DNA from: a virus
Lineage: Duplodnaviria; Caudoviricetes
Virus record (IMG/VR): IMGVR_UViG_3300020016_000018
Span: 1 to 43,014 of that record
Reading direction: 5' to 3' (one strand)
Length of the DNA: 43,014 nt
Shown: positions 27,366 to 34,792 of the stretch, in pieces
How the letters are laid out: every line of letters starts with the position of its first letter
Numbering within the stretch: the first letter of the stretch is position 1
Position numbers and translations under genes: made by a program
Notes under the pieces: model-generated
The model's database searches: none
What the model was told of the DNA's origin: nothing
What the model saw: the letters and a program-made list of their open reading frames with translations, nothing else

Positions 27366-28913
27366 ATGACAACGAACACCAACGTCATCCCCGCCAAGAT
27401 CACGTCGGAGATGCTGTACAACAAGGCAGGCTCGAACCGTCTGCCGGAACGTGTCGTGTTCGAAGGGTCCGTCTACGACGGCACCAAGCAGCACGCCGCC
27501 AACCCGATGGAAGCCATCGACGGGTTCAAGAATGCCATCTACTCGACGTTCGAATTGACCGAGCGCACCGAGAAGTACCCCGGCTTCACCGCAGATGAGG
27601 TGGCGGTCGCCTTGAACACGGTGATGCGTCGCCTCGATGGCTTCGTGTCCCAGGTGGTGAAAACCTCCCCGATCGACAAGCCGTCCACACGGCGTGTCCC
27701 GGTCGGGTACAACATGGCGACCGGGGAAATGGATTACGTGGTGGTGCCTGCGGGTGCGACCTCGCTGCCCTGGCGTGGGGACTGCTGGATCAAAGTCGAG
27801 ACGACGAGTGACGGCACGCCCTACATCAAGGCGCAAGTGATCCGCGGTGACCAGTCGCATCTCGAAGGGTTGTTCGCCTACGTCCGTGACTGGGCGAACG
27901 CGAACAGCATCTACCTGGGTCAGGTGGTGGACACCAACTTCCAGTTCATCAACATGACCAAGTTCGACCCGACGAAGGTGGCGTTGACCGACAAGATGCG
28001 GGTCGCTCTCGACCTGTATGTGCGGGGACCACTCAAGTACATGGACGCGTTGAAGGAGAAGCGTCAGGACACCAAGACCGGGCTGCTCATGTACGGGCCT
28101 CCCGGTGGTGGCAAGACGGTGGCGGTGAGCCTGTGCGAGTTCAGTGCCATCGTCGCTGGCGCTGTGGTCATCCATGTCGATCCGGCAATGGGCATCTACG
28201 GCCTGGACCGGGCGAACACGATGGCGACACGTCTCATGGAGGCAGGTCACCTGGTGATGATCAGCTTCGAAGACATGGAGAAGCTGGCCGAAGAGGGTCG
28301 GGCGAAGGTGTTGGAGATTCTCGATGGTGCTTCGGCGAAGAACGCCAAGCGCATCATCGTGGGTACCACCAACTTCATCGAGCAGATCGACCGGGCGATG
28401 ATCCGGCATGGTCGGTTCGATGACGTGTTGTACTGCGGCCTGCCTGACCGTTCAGCTTTCGAGCAGGTGATCCGTGTCGTATTCGACGCCGACAACATGG
28501 GTGTCATCGACTTCGATGTGGCGTTCAGCCATTTCGAGGGCTACTCGTACGCCACGATCGCCAACGCTGCCAGCAAGGTGATCCGTGCTGCCATCAACCG
28601 TCTCGAAGGGAACCTGGCCGACTTCAGGGTCACCACCCAGGACCTGATCGATGCGGCTGACATGGTGCGTGATCAGCATGACCTGATGAACGCCGAGGTG
28701 GAGAAGCCGTTGCCGTACTTGGACACCTACTTCAAGGCGTCCATGTTGGAGGCGTCGATGGTCGCTGCCCGTTACACCACCAACGAACTCGGTGGCCAGG
28801 ACAACACCGACTACGACTACATCGGGAACCTGGTCTCCGACAACACCGACAACGTGGTCGAGTCGCGCCTGAACGGTGCGTCCGTCGGCGACGACCAAAT
28901 CCGAACCAACTGA
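27366..28913 (+). CDS. AAA+ ATPase (classical AAA clade)
   Basis: GLLMYGPPGGGKT, ISFEDME, TTNFIEQIDRAMIRHGRFD (SRH / Arg finger). Confidence 0.9.
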   Translation: MTTNTNVIPAKITSEMLYNKAGSNRLPERVVFEGSVYDGTKQHAANPMEAIDGFKNAIYSTFELTERTEKYPGFTADEVAVALNTVMRRLDGFVSQVVKTSPIDKPSTRRVPVGYNMATGEMDYVVVPAGATSLPWRGDCWIKVETTSDGTPYIKAQVIRGDQSHLEGLFAYVRDWANANSIYLGQVVDTNFQFINMTKFDPTKVALTDKMRVALDLYVRGPLKYMDALKEKRQDTKTGLLMYGPPGGGKTVAVSLCEFSAIVAGAVVIHVDPAMGIYGLDRANTMATRLMEAGHLVMISFEDMEKLAEEGRAKVLEILDGASAKNAKRIIVGTTNFIEQIDRAMIRHGRFDDVLYCGLPDRSAFEQVIRVVFDADNMGVIDFDVAFSHFEGYSYATIANAASKVIRAAINRLEGNLADFRVTTQDLIDAADMVRDQHDLMNAEVEKPLPYLDTYFKASMLEASMVAARYTTNELGGQDNTDYDYIGNLVSDNTDNVVESRLNGASVGDDQIRTN

Positions 28914-28932
28914 CCTTTGCACCGTGCAAAGC
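28914..28932. repeat. 19-bp palindrome copy 8 (last base mismatched)
   Basis: CCTTTGCACCGTGCAAAGC directly after TGA and before the next RBS. Confidence 0.9.
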
Positions 28933-28949
28933 CCAACCAAGGAGAACGA

Positions 28950-29576
28950 ATGATCAACAGAACCGATTACCACCTGCTGATGCAGGTGCTGTTCGACTCA
29001 GCAGCCGCAGCCAAAGGGCTCGATGAGTTCGGTGAGATTTTGGAACGTCTCATCATCACGTCGTACGAGATCAACAACCCCGAGCATGGGTCAGTTGTTG
29101 CCATCGACGTGACCGCTGACCTCATCGAAGTGATGGGTAGGCATTGGGCTGCGATCCAGGCCATCGGCATCCAGAAGGTGGAGTTGGTGCAGTACAAGCT
29201 GGACGATGTTGTCATCTTGGAGACGGGGAGAATGGAGGGGTACGGCGCAAAAGAATTGGCGCTGGACACCATCCGTACGCAACCCGACGAGGTGCTGAAA
29301 GCATTCACCAAAGCGCTCGTGCTTGCCATGCGCAAGCACGACTCGATGATCTTGAAAGAGATGACCGAGGAAGGTGACACCAAGCATCACATGCGTGGTG
29401 ACGTGCTCGACCTGGCCCAGCTGGTTCAGGAGTTCCTGGAGGAGGAAGTGGATGAGACCGTCGCCAAGTTCAGCAGCCAGCTGGACGCGGTGTTCGGTGT
29501 CGCCGCTGCTGTCTCCCCTGATTGGTCCGCACCCCGAGGGGAGGTGAAACATGATGACCTGCCACCCCCTGGATGA
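28950..29576 (+). CDS. Hypothetical protein, 208 aa
   Basis: AAGGAG RBS before ATG 28950. Confidence 0.65.
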   Translation: MINRTDYHLLMQVLFDSAAAAKGLDEFGEILERLIITSYEINNPEHGSVVAIDVTADLIEVMGRHWAAIQAIGIQKVELVQYKLDDVVILETGRMEGYGAKELALDTIRTQPDEVLKAFTKALVLAMRKHDSMILKEMTEEGDTKHHMRGDVLDLAQLVQEFLEEEVDETVAKFSSQLDAVFGVAAAVSPDWSAPRGEVKHDDLPPPG

Positions 29577-29754
29577 CATGACCGCCGAACAACTCGGGCT
29601 CGCTGCCCGAGCGTGCGACGTTCACCGTCAAGCGCAACTGCGCCGTCAAGAGCGTGAGCCTGACAACCACGCGCTCGCAGATGACATCCGTGATCTGCGT
29701 TTGGCGTCCGACCTGCTGAAGCAGGCACAGGAACAGCTGATGTTCCGTGAGTAA
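29551..29754 (+). CDS. Hypothetical protein, 67 aa
   Basis: GGAGGTG RBS. Confidence 0.65.
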   Translation: MMTCHPLDDMTAEQLGLAARACDVHRQAQLRRQEREPDNHALADDIRDLRLASDLLKQAQEQLMFRE

Positions 29755-29902
29755 GCGCGGCTACGTCTGTCCCACCTGTGGTGGGACGGTCACCTACCCA
29801 ACAAGCAGGCGGCTCAGTGCCGCCACGATCCAAGCAACCCAGACAACCCATGAATCCACGTGTCCTGGGAGGGCACGCAACCATGTCAACAACCCAAGAT
29901 GA
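29747..29902 (+). CDS. Small C2HC Zn-finger-like protein, 51 aa (not in ORF track)
   Basis: GTG overlapping the upstream stop; YVCPTCG...HESTCPG. Confidence 0.55.
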   Translation: MSKRGYVCPTCGGTVTYPTSRRLSAATIQATQTTHESTCPGRARNHVNNPR

Positions 29903-30278
29903 GGAACTGAATCAGTTCCTGCTCCAACTGGACCTACAGATCAAAGCCCTGTCCGGGCTCAGTGACACCGACCTGGGATGCCGGGTCGGGGCCACCGGCC
30001 ATCGTTGGACACAGGTTCAGCCCGACTGGCAACCCAACGTGAAAGGGGTGACAGCGATGGCGTTGCAGTGCGATACTTGCACGACCGTCAAGCGCTGGAC
30101 CATCTCCGACCGTTACGGGGAGTACCTGTCCCGGCCCGTCTACGACTACCCGGATGACTACATGCTCCCCTCGACCGGTGTGCGCATCAAACCGCAGGCT
30201 GTGCGAGCAGTGTGGGCGAAGCGTCTGCGCAAGCACAAGCTGCCGCCCATCAAGTCACATCCGATTGTCGGACCATGA
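29883..30278 (+). CDS. Hypothetical Zn-binding protein, 131 aa
   Basis: GGAGG RBS; CR....GH.W...CDTC...YDYPDDY. Confidence 0.65.
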   Translation: MSTTQDEELNQFLLQLDLQIKALSGLSDTDLGCRVGATGHRWTQVQPDWQPNVKGVTAMALQCDTCTTVKRWTISDRYGEYLSRPVYDYPDDYMLPSTGVRIKPQAVRAVWAKRLRKHKLPPIKSHPIVGP

Positions 30279-30649
30279 GTGACGACGACAAGCCGGTGCC
30301 ACGACCGATCGTCACCAAGACAGAGGGCTTCTCCCCGGCGATCAACAAACTGATCATGTCGGATGGCAGCGTTCTGTACGGATGCTCGTGGCCCAACTGT
30401 CATGTGACAGCACCGAAGCCCAATTCGGTGGGCGCACATCACAAAGTCCACACGGGCAAGGCGGCACAGCGTCGTCGTGGTGAGCGTCAACCGATTGTGT
30501 CCAGCAACGAGTGGCAGAAGAAGCTGCTCGCCCTCCTCGACCAGGTGCAAGACCTGGTTGATGAGATGGATGCGTACGAGGAAGACCTGACCGATGTTCG
30601 GCGACGTGCAGAGATGTACGACGCCATCAAAGGTCTGCTGAACGAATAA
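30275..30649 (+). CDS. C2H2 zinc-finger / coiled-coil protein, 124 aa
   Basis: YGC-x4-C-x12-H-x3-H-TGK followed by a coiled coil. Confidence 0.7.
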   Translation: MSDDDKPVPRPIVTKTEGFSPAINKLIMSDGSVLYGCSWPNCHVTAPKPNSVGAHHKVHTGKAAQRRRGERQPIVSSNEWQKKLLALLDQVQDLVDEMDAYEEDLTDVRRRAEMYDAIKGLLNE

Positions 30650-30663
30650 CCCCAACACGACCG

Positions 30664-30691
30664 GAGCCCACCCCTCAGGGGGTGGGCTCTT
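30664..30691 (+). terminator. Intrinsic terminator-like hairpin
   Basis: GAGCCCACCCC-TCAG-GGGGTGGGCTC-TT. Confidence 0.7.
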
Positions 30692-30715
30692 GTCGTTCAA
30701 CCCGAAAGGAAACAC

Positions 30716-31066
30716 ATGAAGAACACTGCACTGAATGAACTGATCACGAGGCTGAAGAACGAGGCCGCTCAGATCGAAGCATCGGTCAAGGCGAATCTCC
30801 GTGAGCGTGACAAGTACCAGGACCTGCTGACCCACATAGAGGAACGGTTGTTCGACAAACGTGAACTCATCGAGTTCCTCGAAGCATCAGCGAAGGAGAT
30901 GGATGAACCGACGTGGAAGAAGGGTGACCGCTTCATGCTCAACTTCACCAACGAATACGGGGAGATCACCGGCATCGACGCGGGCTTGGTCTACGTCAAG
31001 ACTGATGCAGGTGCCGTGGCCTCGATTGGGCGAGGGCAGTTCGAGCGTCAGGCGGTGAAGTCATGA
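30716..31066 (+). CDS. Hypothetical protein (coiled coil plus SH3/KOW-like C-terminus), 116 aa
   Basis: GAAAGGA RBS; WKKGDRF...GEI..I...VYVKTD. Confidence 0.65.
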   Translation: MKNTALNELITRLKNEAAQIEASVKANLRERDKYQDLLTHIEERLFDKRELIEFLEASAKEMDEPTWKKGDRFMLNFTNEYGEITGIDAGLVYVKTDAGAVASIGRGQFERQAVKS

Positions 31067-31596
31067 GAAGCAAACGCATTGCGGCACTCGCCGTACTCAC
31101 CATCATCACCATGACCGGGTGCACCAACCAGGAGATCGCCGCCTGGATCGCCTGGCACGACGAGGCACCAGAGGCAGCACAGAACTATCTGGCCCGACCC
31201 GAGGTGCAAGCCTCACTGACCCAGGACTGGGATCATGACGGGCTCATCGAAGCTGAGCCACTGGCACAGGCTGACCGCCTCGACCCACCTACGCCCAGCA
31301 TTTCGGGTGAGTCATCGGGTGGCCGTTGCACCGGCATCATCGACGCCCTCATCGCCCAGTCACCAGGCTGGGATGTGAACAGGATGGCGGGGATCGCCTA
31401 CCGGGAGTCGCGTTGTCAGCCTGGTGCCGCCAACTCGTGCTGCACCGGACTGTTCCAGGTGCACGCCATCTGGATACCGAAGGCTGCGTCGTGCGGTGTG
31501 TACTCACGCAGCGATCTGACCGACTCGTGGAAGAACATCTGCGTGGCGGCGATCATCTACCGGCAGCAAGGGATGCAGGCTTGGAGCACGGCATGA
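31063..31596 (+). CDS. Lipoprotein with lytic transglycosylase (SLT-like) domain
   Basis: MRSKRIAALAVLTIITMTGC signal/lipobox; IAYRES (catalytic E), GLFQV, NI..A..IY..QG..AW. Confidence 0.8.
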   Translation: MRSKRIAALAVLTIITMTGCTNQEIAAWIAWHDEAPEAAQNYLARPEVQASLTQDWDHDGLIEAEPLAQADRLDPPTPSISGESSGGRCTGIIDALIAQSPGWDVNRMAGIAYRESRCQPGAANSCCTGLFQVHAIWIPKAASCGVYSRSDLTDSWKNICVAAIIYRQQGMQAWSTA

Positions 31597-31757
31597 GCCG
31601 TTACCCGTCAGTAACCGACGAACACGAATGGGTGAGCGACCCTGACGAAAGCGATGCTGTCTGGTGTAAGCGATGTGGTGCGCCGAAAGCGGACCAGGCC
31701 CAACCATGCGACCCTCCCGGCCCAATCAGTTACCCGTCAGTAACGGAGGAACCATGA
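31593..31757 (+). CDS. Small Zn-binding protein, 54 aa
   Basis: ATGA couplings at both ends; HEW...CKRCG...C. Confidence 0.6.
   Translation: MSRYPSVTDEHEWVSDPDESDAVWCKRCGAPKADQAQPCDPPGPISYPSVTEEP
31600..31744. repeat. 16-bp direct repeat GTTACCCGTCAGTAAC
   Basis: Exact copies at 31600-31615 and 31729-31744. Confidence 0.85.
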
Positions 31758-31942
31758 AGGTGTGTGTGCTGTGCGGTGCCGAGTACGACGGCTGGGGCAA
31801 CAACCCTGAACCGGTGGCACGGTACGAGGAAGGCCAATGCTGCGACCTGTGCAACAACGTCGTCGTCATCCCCGCCCGCATCGGCAGGATGAACATGAAC
31901 CTACCGATGCGAGACACGGAGGGCGACGGTGGAGACACCTGA
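31754..31942 (+). CDS. Small Cys-rich phage protein, 62 aa
   Basis: GGAGG RBS; CVLC...GNNPEP...CCDLCN..VIPAR. Confidence 0.7.
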   Translation: MKVCVLCGAEYDGWGNNPEPVARYEEGQCCDLCNNVVVIPARIGRMNMNLPMRDTEGDGGDT

Positions 31943-32024
31943 CTACGTGGTGATCGCCGTCATCACAGGCATCCTGGCTGCGTGTCTCGTATTCGACGCA
32001 TGGGTCAGAAGAAAGGAACCGTGA
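31929..32024 (+). CDS. Single-TM microprotein, 31 aa (not in ORF track)
   Basis: GGAGG RBS, GTG start; YVVIAVITGILAACLVFDAWVRRK. Confidence 0.5.
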   Translation: METPDYVVIAVITGILAACLVFDAWVRRKEP

Positions 32025-32104
32025 GCACACGGTTCATGTTGGTGATGATCTTCAGCCCCTTCATCGTCGTCGTGGCGATGGGTGTTGCCGACATCATCTG
32101 GTAG
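32021..32104 (+). CDS. Single-TM microprotein, 27 aa (not in ORF track)
   Basis: GAAAGGA RBS, GTGA coupling; FMLVMIFSPFIVVVAMGVADIIW; followed by a terminator. Confidence 0.5.
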   Translation: MSTRFMLVMIFSPFIVVVAMGVADIIW

Positions 32105-32116
32105 AACACGCGTGAC

Positions 32117-32151
32117 GAGCCCCTCGACCCATCCGGGTCGGGGGGCTCTTT
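32117..32151 (+). terminator. Intrinsic terminator ending the plus-strand arm
   Basis: 14-bp stem, ATCC loop, TTT. Confidence 0.8.
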
Positions 32152-32162
32152 GCGTTTTCAGG

Positions 32163-32185
32163 GACCTTTGCACCGTGCAAAGGTC
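32163..32185. repeat. 19-bp palindrome copy 9 (11-bp arms)
   Basis: GACCTTTGCACCGTGCAAAGGTC at the convergence of the two arms. Confidence 0.95.
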
Positions 32186-32192
32186 TGAAGGT

Positions 32193-32402
32193 CTACCGGC
32201 CCTGCTCGGCGTTCTCCTGGATGCGCTCCTCTTCGAGACGCTTCTGCTGCTCGCGCCATTCCTCCTGCGCCTCGAAAATCTTGTTGCCGTCGCCCTCGTC
32301 ACCGGGGTCAGGCCGACCTTCGGCTTGAACCGACCGCTTCGACTTGGTGTCGGGCTTCGGCTGCTTGGAGTCGTGTTGCTGTGATTGCTTTTGCTCTGTC
32401 AT
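32193..32402 (-). CDS. Hydrophilic, disordered small protein, 69 aa
   Basis: Highly charged; no SD; GGGTAT 8 nt upstream of the ATG. Confidence 0.55.
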   Translation of the reverse strand: MTEQKQSQQHDSKQPKPDTKSKRSVQAEGRPDPGDEGDGNKIFEAQEEWREQQKRLEEERIQENAEQGR

Positions 32403-32478
32403 GACCGGGGGATACCCGATCCTGGGATTTTCGACTCACCCCCCGCACCGAAAAACCCTTTCACATTTTTCGGCCGAT

Positions 32479-32610
32479 TTACCGCTTGCCTTTTCGGGCC
32501 TGGGCGTTCGAAATCTTCGCCGCCTTCTCCTTCGAGTAGCCCTTCTCCTTCAGCGCCTCGTACGTGGCGGGCTTCTTCACTGAGGGTCCCGGCTTCTTGC
32601 CTCCTGGCAT
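32479..32610 (-). CDS. Small basic protein, 43 aa (not in ORF track)
   Basis: AGGAGG RBS; MPGGKKPGPSVKKPATYEALKEKGYSKEKAAKISNA. Confidence 0.7.
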   Translation of the reverse strand: MPGGKKPGPSVKKPATYEALKEKGYSKEKAAKISNAQARKGKR

Positions 32611-32648
32611 CTCCATTCCTCCTGTGTCGCAGTGGGTACCGTTGAATC

Positions 32649-32837
32649 ATGCCCACTTTGCTCGCCGTCGATGACGGCATCTTCCAGGGGAACTTCAACC
32701 TGGCCGACATCGCCTTCTTGGTGGCGGTGATCCTGTTCGTGATCGGAGCAGTCATTGCCTTCCAGGTGAAGACGCTGTACGCCACGCTCATCAGCGCTGG
32801 CCTCGCCGCCGTGGCCCTCGGCTGGCTCGTCTTATAA
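32649..32837 (+). CDS. Two-TM membrane protein, 62 aa, opposite in orientation to its neighbours
   Basis: Two hydrophobic helices; no SD; TACCGT 6 nt upstream of the ATG. Confidence 0.65.
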   Translation: MPTLLAVDDGIFQGNFNLADIAFLVAVILFVIGAVIAFQVKTLYATLISAGLAAVALGWLVL

Positions 32838-32850
32838 GCCTTAGTGCGCT

Positions 32851-33405
32851 TTAGTTGGCCTGGCACACGAAGATGGTGACCTGACCGCCTGGTGCGTTCA
32901 GTAGAAAGGGTCCCTCGGAAAATCCGGGTGGGCAATTGAGTCCCTGGGCGGGTGGGCCTGCTGGTCCCACGGGTCCACTCGGGCCAGGCCCTCCAGCAGG
33001 GCCTGGTGGTCCTTCAGGCCCAGCTTCACCCGGTAGCCCGTCGGCACCATTCTGTCCAGGCGGGCCTGCTGGTCCTTGCGGTCCTGTCTCTCCTCGTGGG
33101 CCGCGATCACCTTGCCCACCGTCACTGCCACCAGGACCGACAGCACCGTCCAGCCCAGGAGGACCAGCGGGACCAGGAACACCAGTTTCACCCGGTTCAC
33201 CTTGCTCTCCTTGTGGTCCCGGTGGGCCGACAGGTCCGGTCGGGCCGGGTAAGGGTCCTTCTTTCTGTGCCGACCCATCGAGTGGGCCCTGCACCACCGT
33301 AGTCACAGGCGGGGACGCAGGTACAGGTTCTTGTGTGACCAGCAGGCCACCGACCAGCGCGCTGGCGCTGGCGCTGCAACACCCGAGGAAGATGATGGGG
33401 TTCAC
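32851..33405 (-). CDS. Secreted/membrane-anchored collagen-like protein in the lysis cassette
   Basis: Hydrophobic N-terminus; G-X-Y run; C-terminal CPPGF...VC. Confidence 0.7.
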   Translation of the reverse strand: MNPIIFLGCCSASASALVGGLLVTQEPVPASPPVTTVVQGPLDGSAQKEGPLPGPTGPVGPPGPQGEQGEPGETGVPGPAGPPGLDGAVGPGGSDGGQGDRGPRGETGPQGPAGPPGQNGADGLPGEAGPEGPPGPAGGPGPSGPVGPAGPPAQGLNCPPGFSEGPFLLNAPGGQVTIFVCQAN

Positions 33406-33647
33406 TCATCCTCCTCACGCCGCTTCGACAGTTCCTCTGTGATCTTCGCCTTGCCAGCGAGCAGCCCGAGCAGTGCGCCCACCAACGTCCCCGTCAATCC
33501 GAACAGCCACTGCACTGCTGTCGCACTGTCCGTCTCCGGGTCGCGTATCTCCACGACGGCGATCGTGCCTGCGGTCGTCACGATGACGACGGCGACGAGC
33601 AGCGTGAGCGCGAGCACCATCAGTTCGATCACCGAGCGCTCGCGCAT
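33402..33647 (-). CDS. Putative holin (2 TM)
   Basis: Two TM helices and a charged C-terminus, directly after the endolysin. Confidence 0.6.
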   Translation of the reverse strand: MRERSVIELMVLALTLLVAVVIVTTAGTIAVVEIRDPETDSATAVQWLFGLTGTLVGALLGLLAGKAKITEELSKRREEDE

Positions 33648-33653
33648 GAAGCA

Positions 33654-34589
33654 TTACGTCACGCTGGAGTCGACGGCAGAAGGTGGGTTGAAGCCTGGGG
33701 GCATCGGCCCACCGACCCAGCCGGAATCGATGAACGCCTGCAACTCTCCGACCCCGAAGTTGTCGAGCGGATCGGTGGTGTACAGCCCGCACAGCTTGCC
33801 AACATCGATGGCGTGGCCGCTGCGGACCCAACCAATGTGCTTGCCGTCCCACCAGAACACCGCCGATTGTTGGGCGTTGCTCCCGTCGTGAGAGTGCAAC
33901 AGGATTGCCATTTCGTCCTCCTCAGGATTGGGCGTCGGGCCCGGTATTGGTGTGGGCGGGTGGCTTCCTGCGCGGTTGGCACATTCAGCGCGCAGGTCGG
34001 AGAGACGCCACGTCCCCGATGAGTTGACCGAGACTGGTTCCCAGTTCCCGGCCACGTTGGTGGTGGCAGGGTCGATCTTGCGGTCCGTGTAGCCGTCACC
34101 TTCCCCGAGGGCGTGCGTAACAACATCAGTGGCACGGTTGCCGAAGTATGCATTCAATGCATTCGACCCGGCGAAAGCTGCGTCGATCTGTTGGGCTGGG
34201 TACTGCTCCCCGGTGCCGTTGTTGGCGATCTCGATGGAGAACAACATCGTGTTGCCCTTGTCGAGGGGGACGGTCCCTCGGGAGAAGGAGTTGGGGCCTC
34301 CCTTTCCCGAGGTGTTCGCCGCCCCACCCGCGACGGGGTAGTACACACCGTCACGGGCCAGGAGTACGTTGCCGACCGGGCGGTCAGGGCTTCCGTTGAT
34401 CATGTAGTTCAAGTCAGATTCAACGCTGGCTTTGCTGGCCGTATGGTGCCATTGGATTCCGAGCGGATAGTTGTCGAAGCCTCCGCTGGAACGGGACCGA
34501 CGCTCCCACCCTTCGTTGACATCGATCTGCGACACCGCGCACCCGGCGTCGAGCAGGATGTCAGCGATGGGGACGTACAGCGACCCCAT
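33654..34589 (-). CDS. Endolysin, N-acetylmuramoyl-L-alanine amidase (Amidase_2)
   Basis: WHHTAS, SIEIANNG, VVTH...RKIDP Zn-amidase motifs; Pro-rich linker to a C-terminal domain. Confidence 0.88.
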   Translation of the reverse strand: MGSLYVPIADILLDAGCAVSQIDVNEGWERRSRSSGGFDNYPLGIQWHHTASKASVESDLNYMINGSPDRPVGNVLLARDGVYYPVAGGAANTSGKGGPNSFSRGTVPLDKGNTMLFSIEIANNGTGEQYPAQQIDAAFAGSNALNAYFGNRATDVVTHALGEGDGYTDRKIDPATTNVAGNWEPVSVNSSGTWRLSDLRAECANRAGSHPPTPIPGPTPNPEEDEMAILLHSHDGSNAQQSAVFWWDGKHIGWVRSGHAIDVGKLCGLYTTDPLDNFGVGELQAFIDSGWVGGPMPPGFNPPSAVDSSVT

Positions 34590-34792
34590 CAGCCCTCCGC
34601 GATTCGCTGGATCACCGTTCGCAGGTCCTCATCGATGTCCTTGAACCGCATCTGTTCGCGCTGCGTTGCGATCGGACCAACGCTGTCGCGCAGCAGGGCG
34701 ATGCGTCGCATGATGTTGTCCAACTGTTCGAGCACCGGGTCGTCCGCATCCCAGCTGTCCTCGGGCTCACTGTCACCAAAGTCGGTCATCAT
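34589..34792 (-). CDS. Hypothetical protein, 67 aa
   Basis: Coupled to both neighbours; GGAGG RBS. Confidence 0.6.
   Translation of the reverse strand: MMTDFGDSEPEDSWDADDPVLEQLDNIMRRIALLRDSVGPIATQREQMRFKDIDEDLRTVIQRIAEG

Noticed and set aside
23371-28932. CRISPR array made of the palindromic repeats
   Set aside because: Spacing is 0.3-1.7 kb and irregular, the intervals are intact genes, and no cas genes are present
29769-29787. Hairpin GTCCCACC-TGT-GGTGGGAC as a terminator
   Set aside because: No U-tract, and it lies within the CPTCG codons of the 29747-29902 ORF
23371-32185. Classical integron with attC sites
   Set aside because: No tyrosine recombinase is visible and the repeats lack the RYYYAAC/GTTRRRY ends and the length of attC
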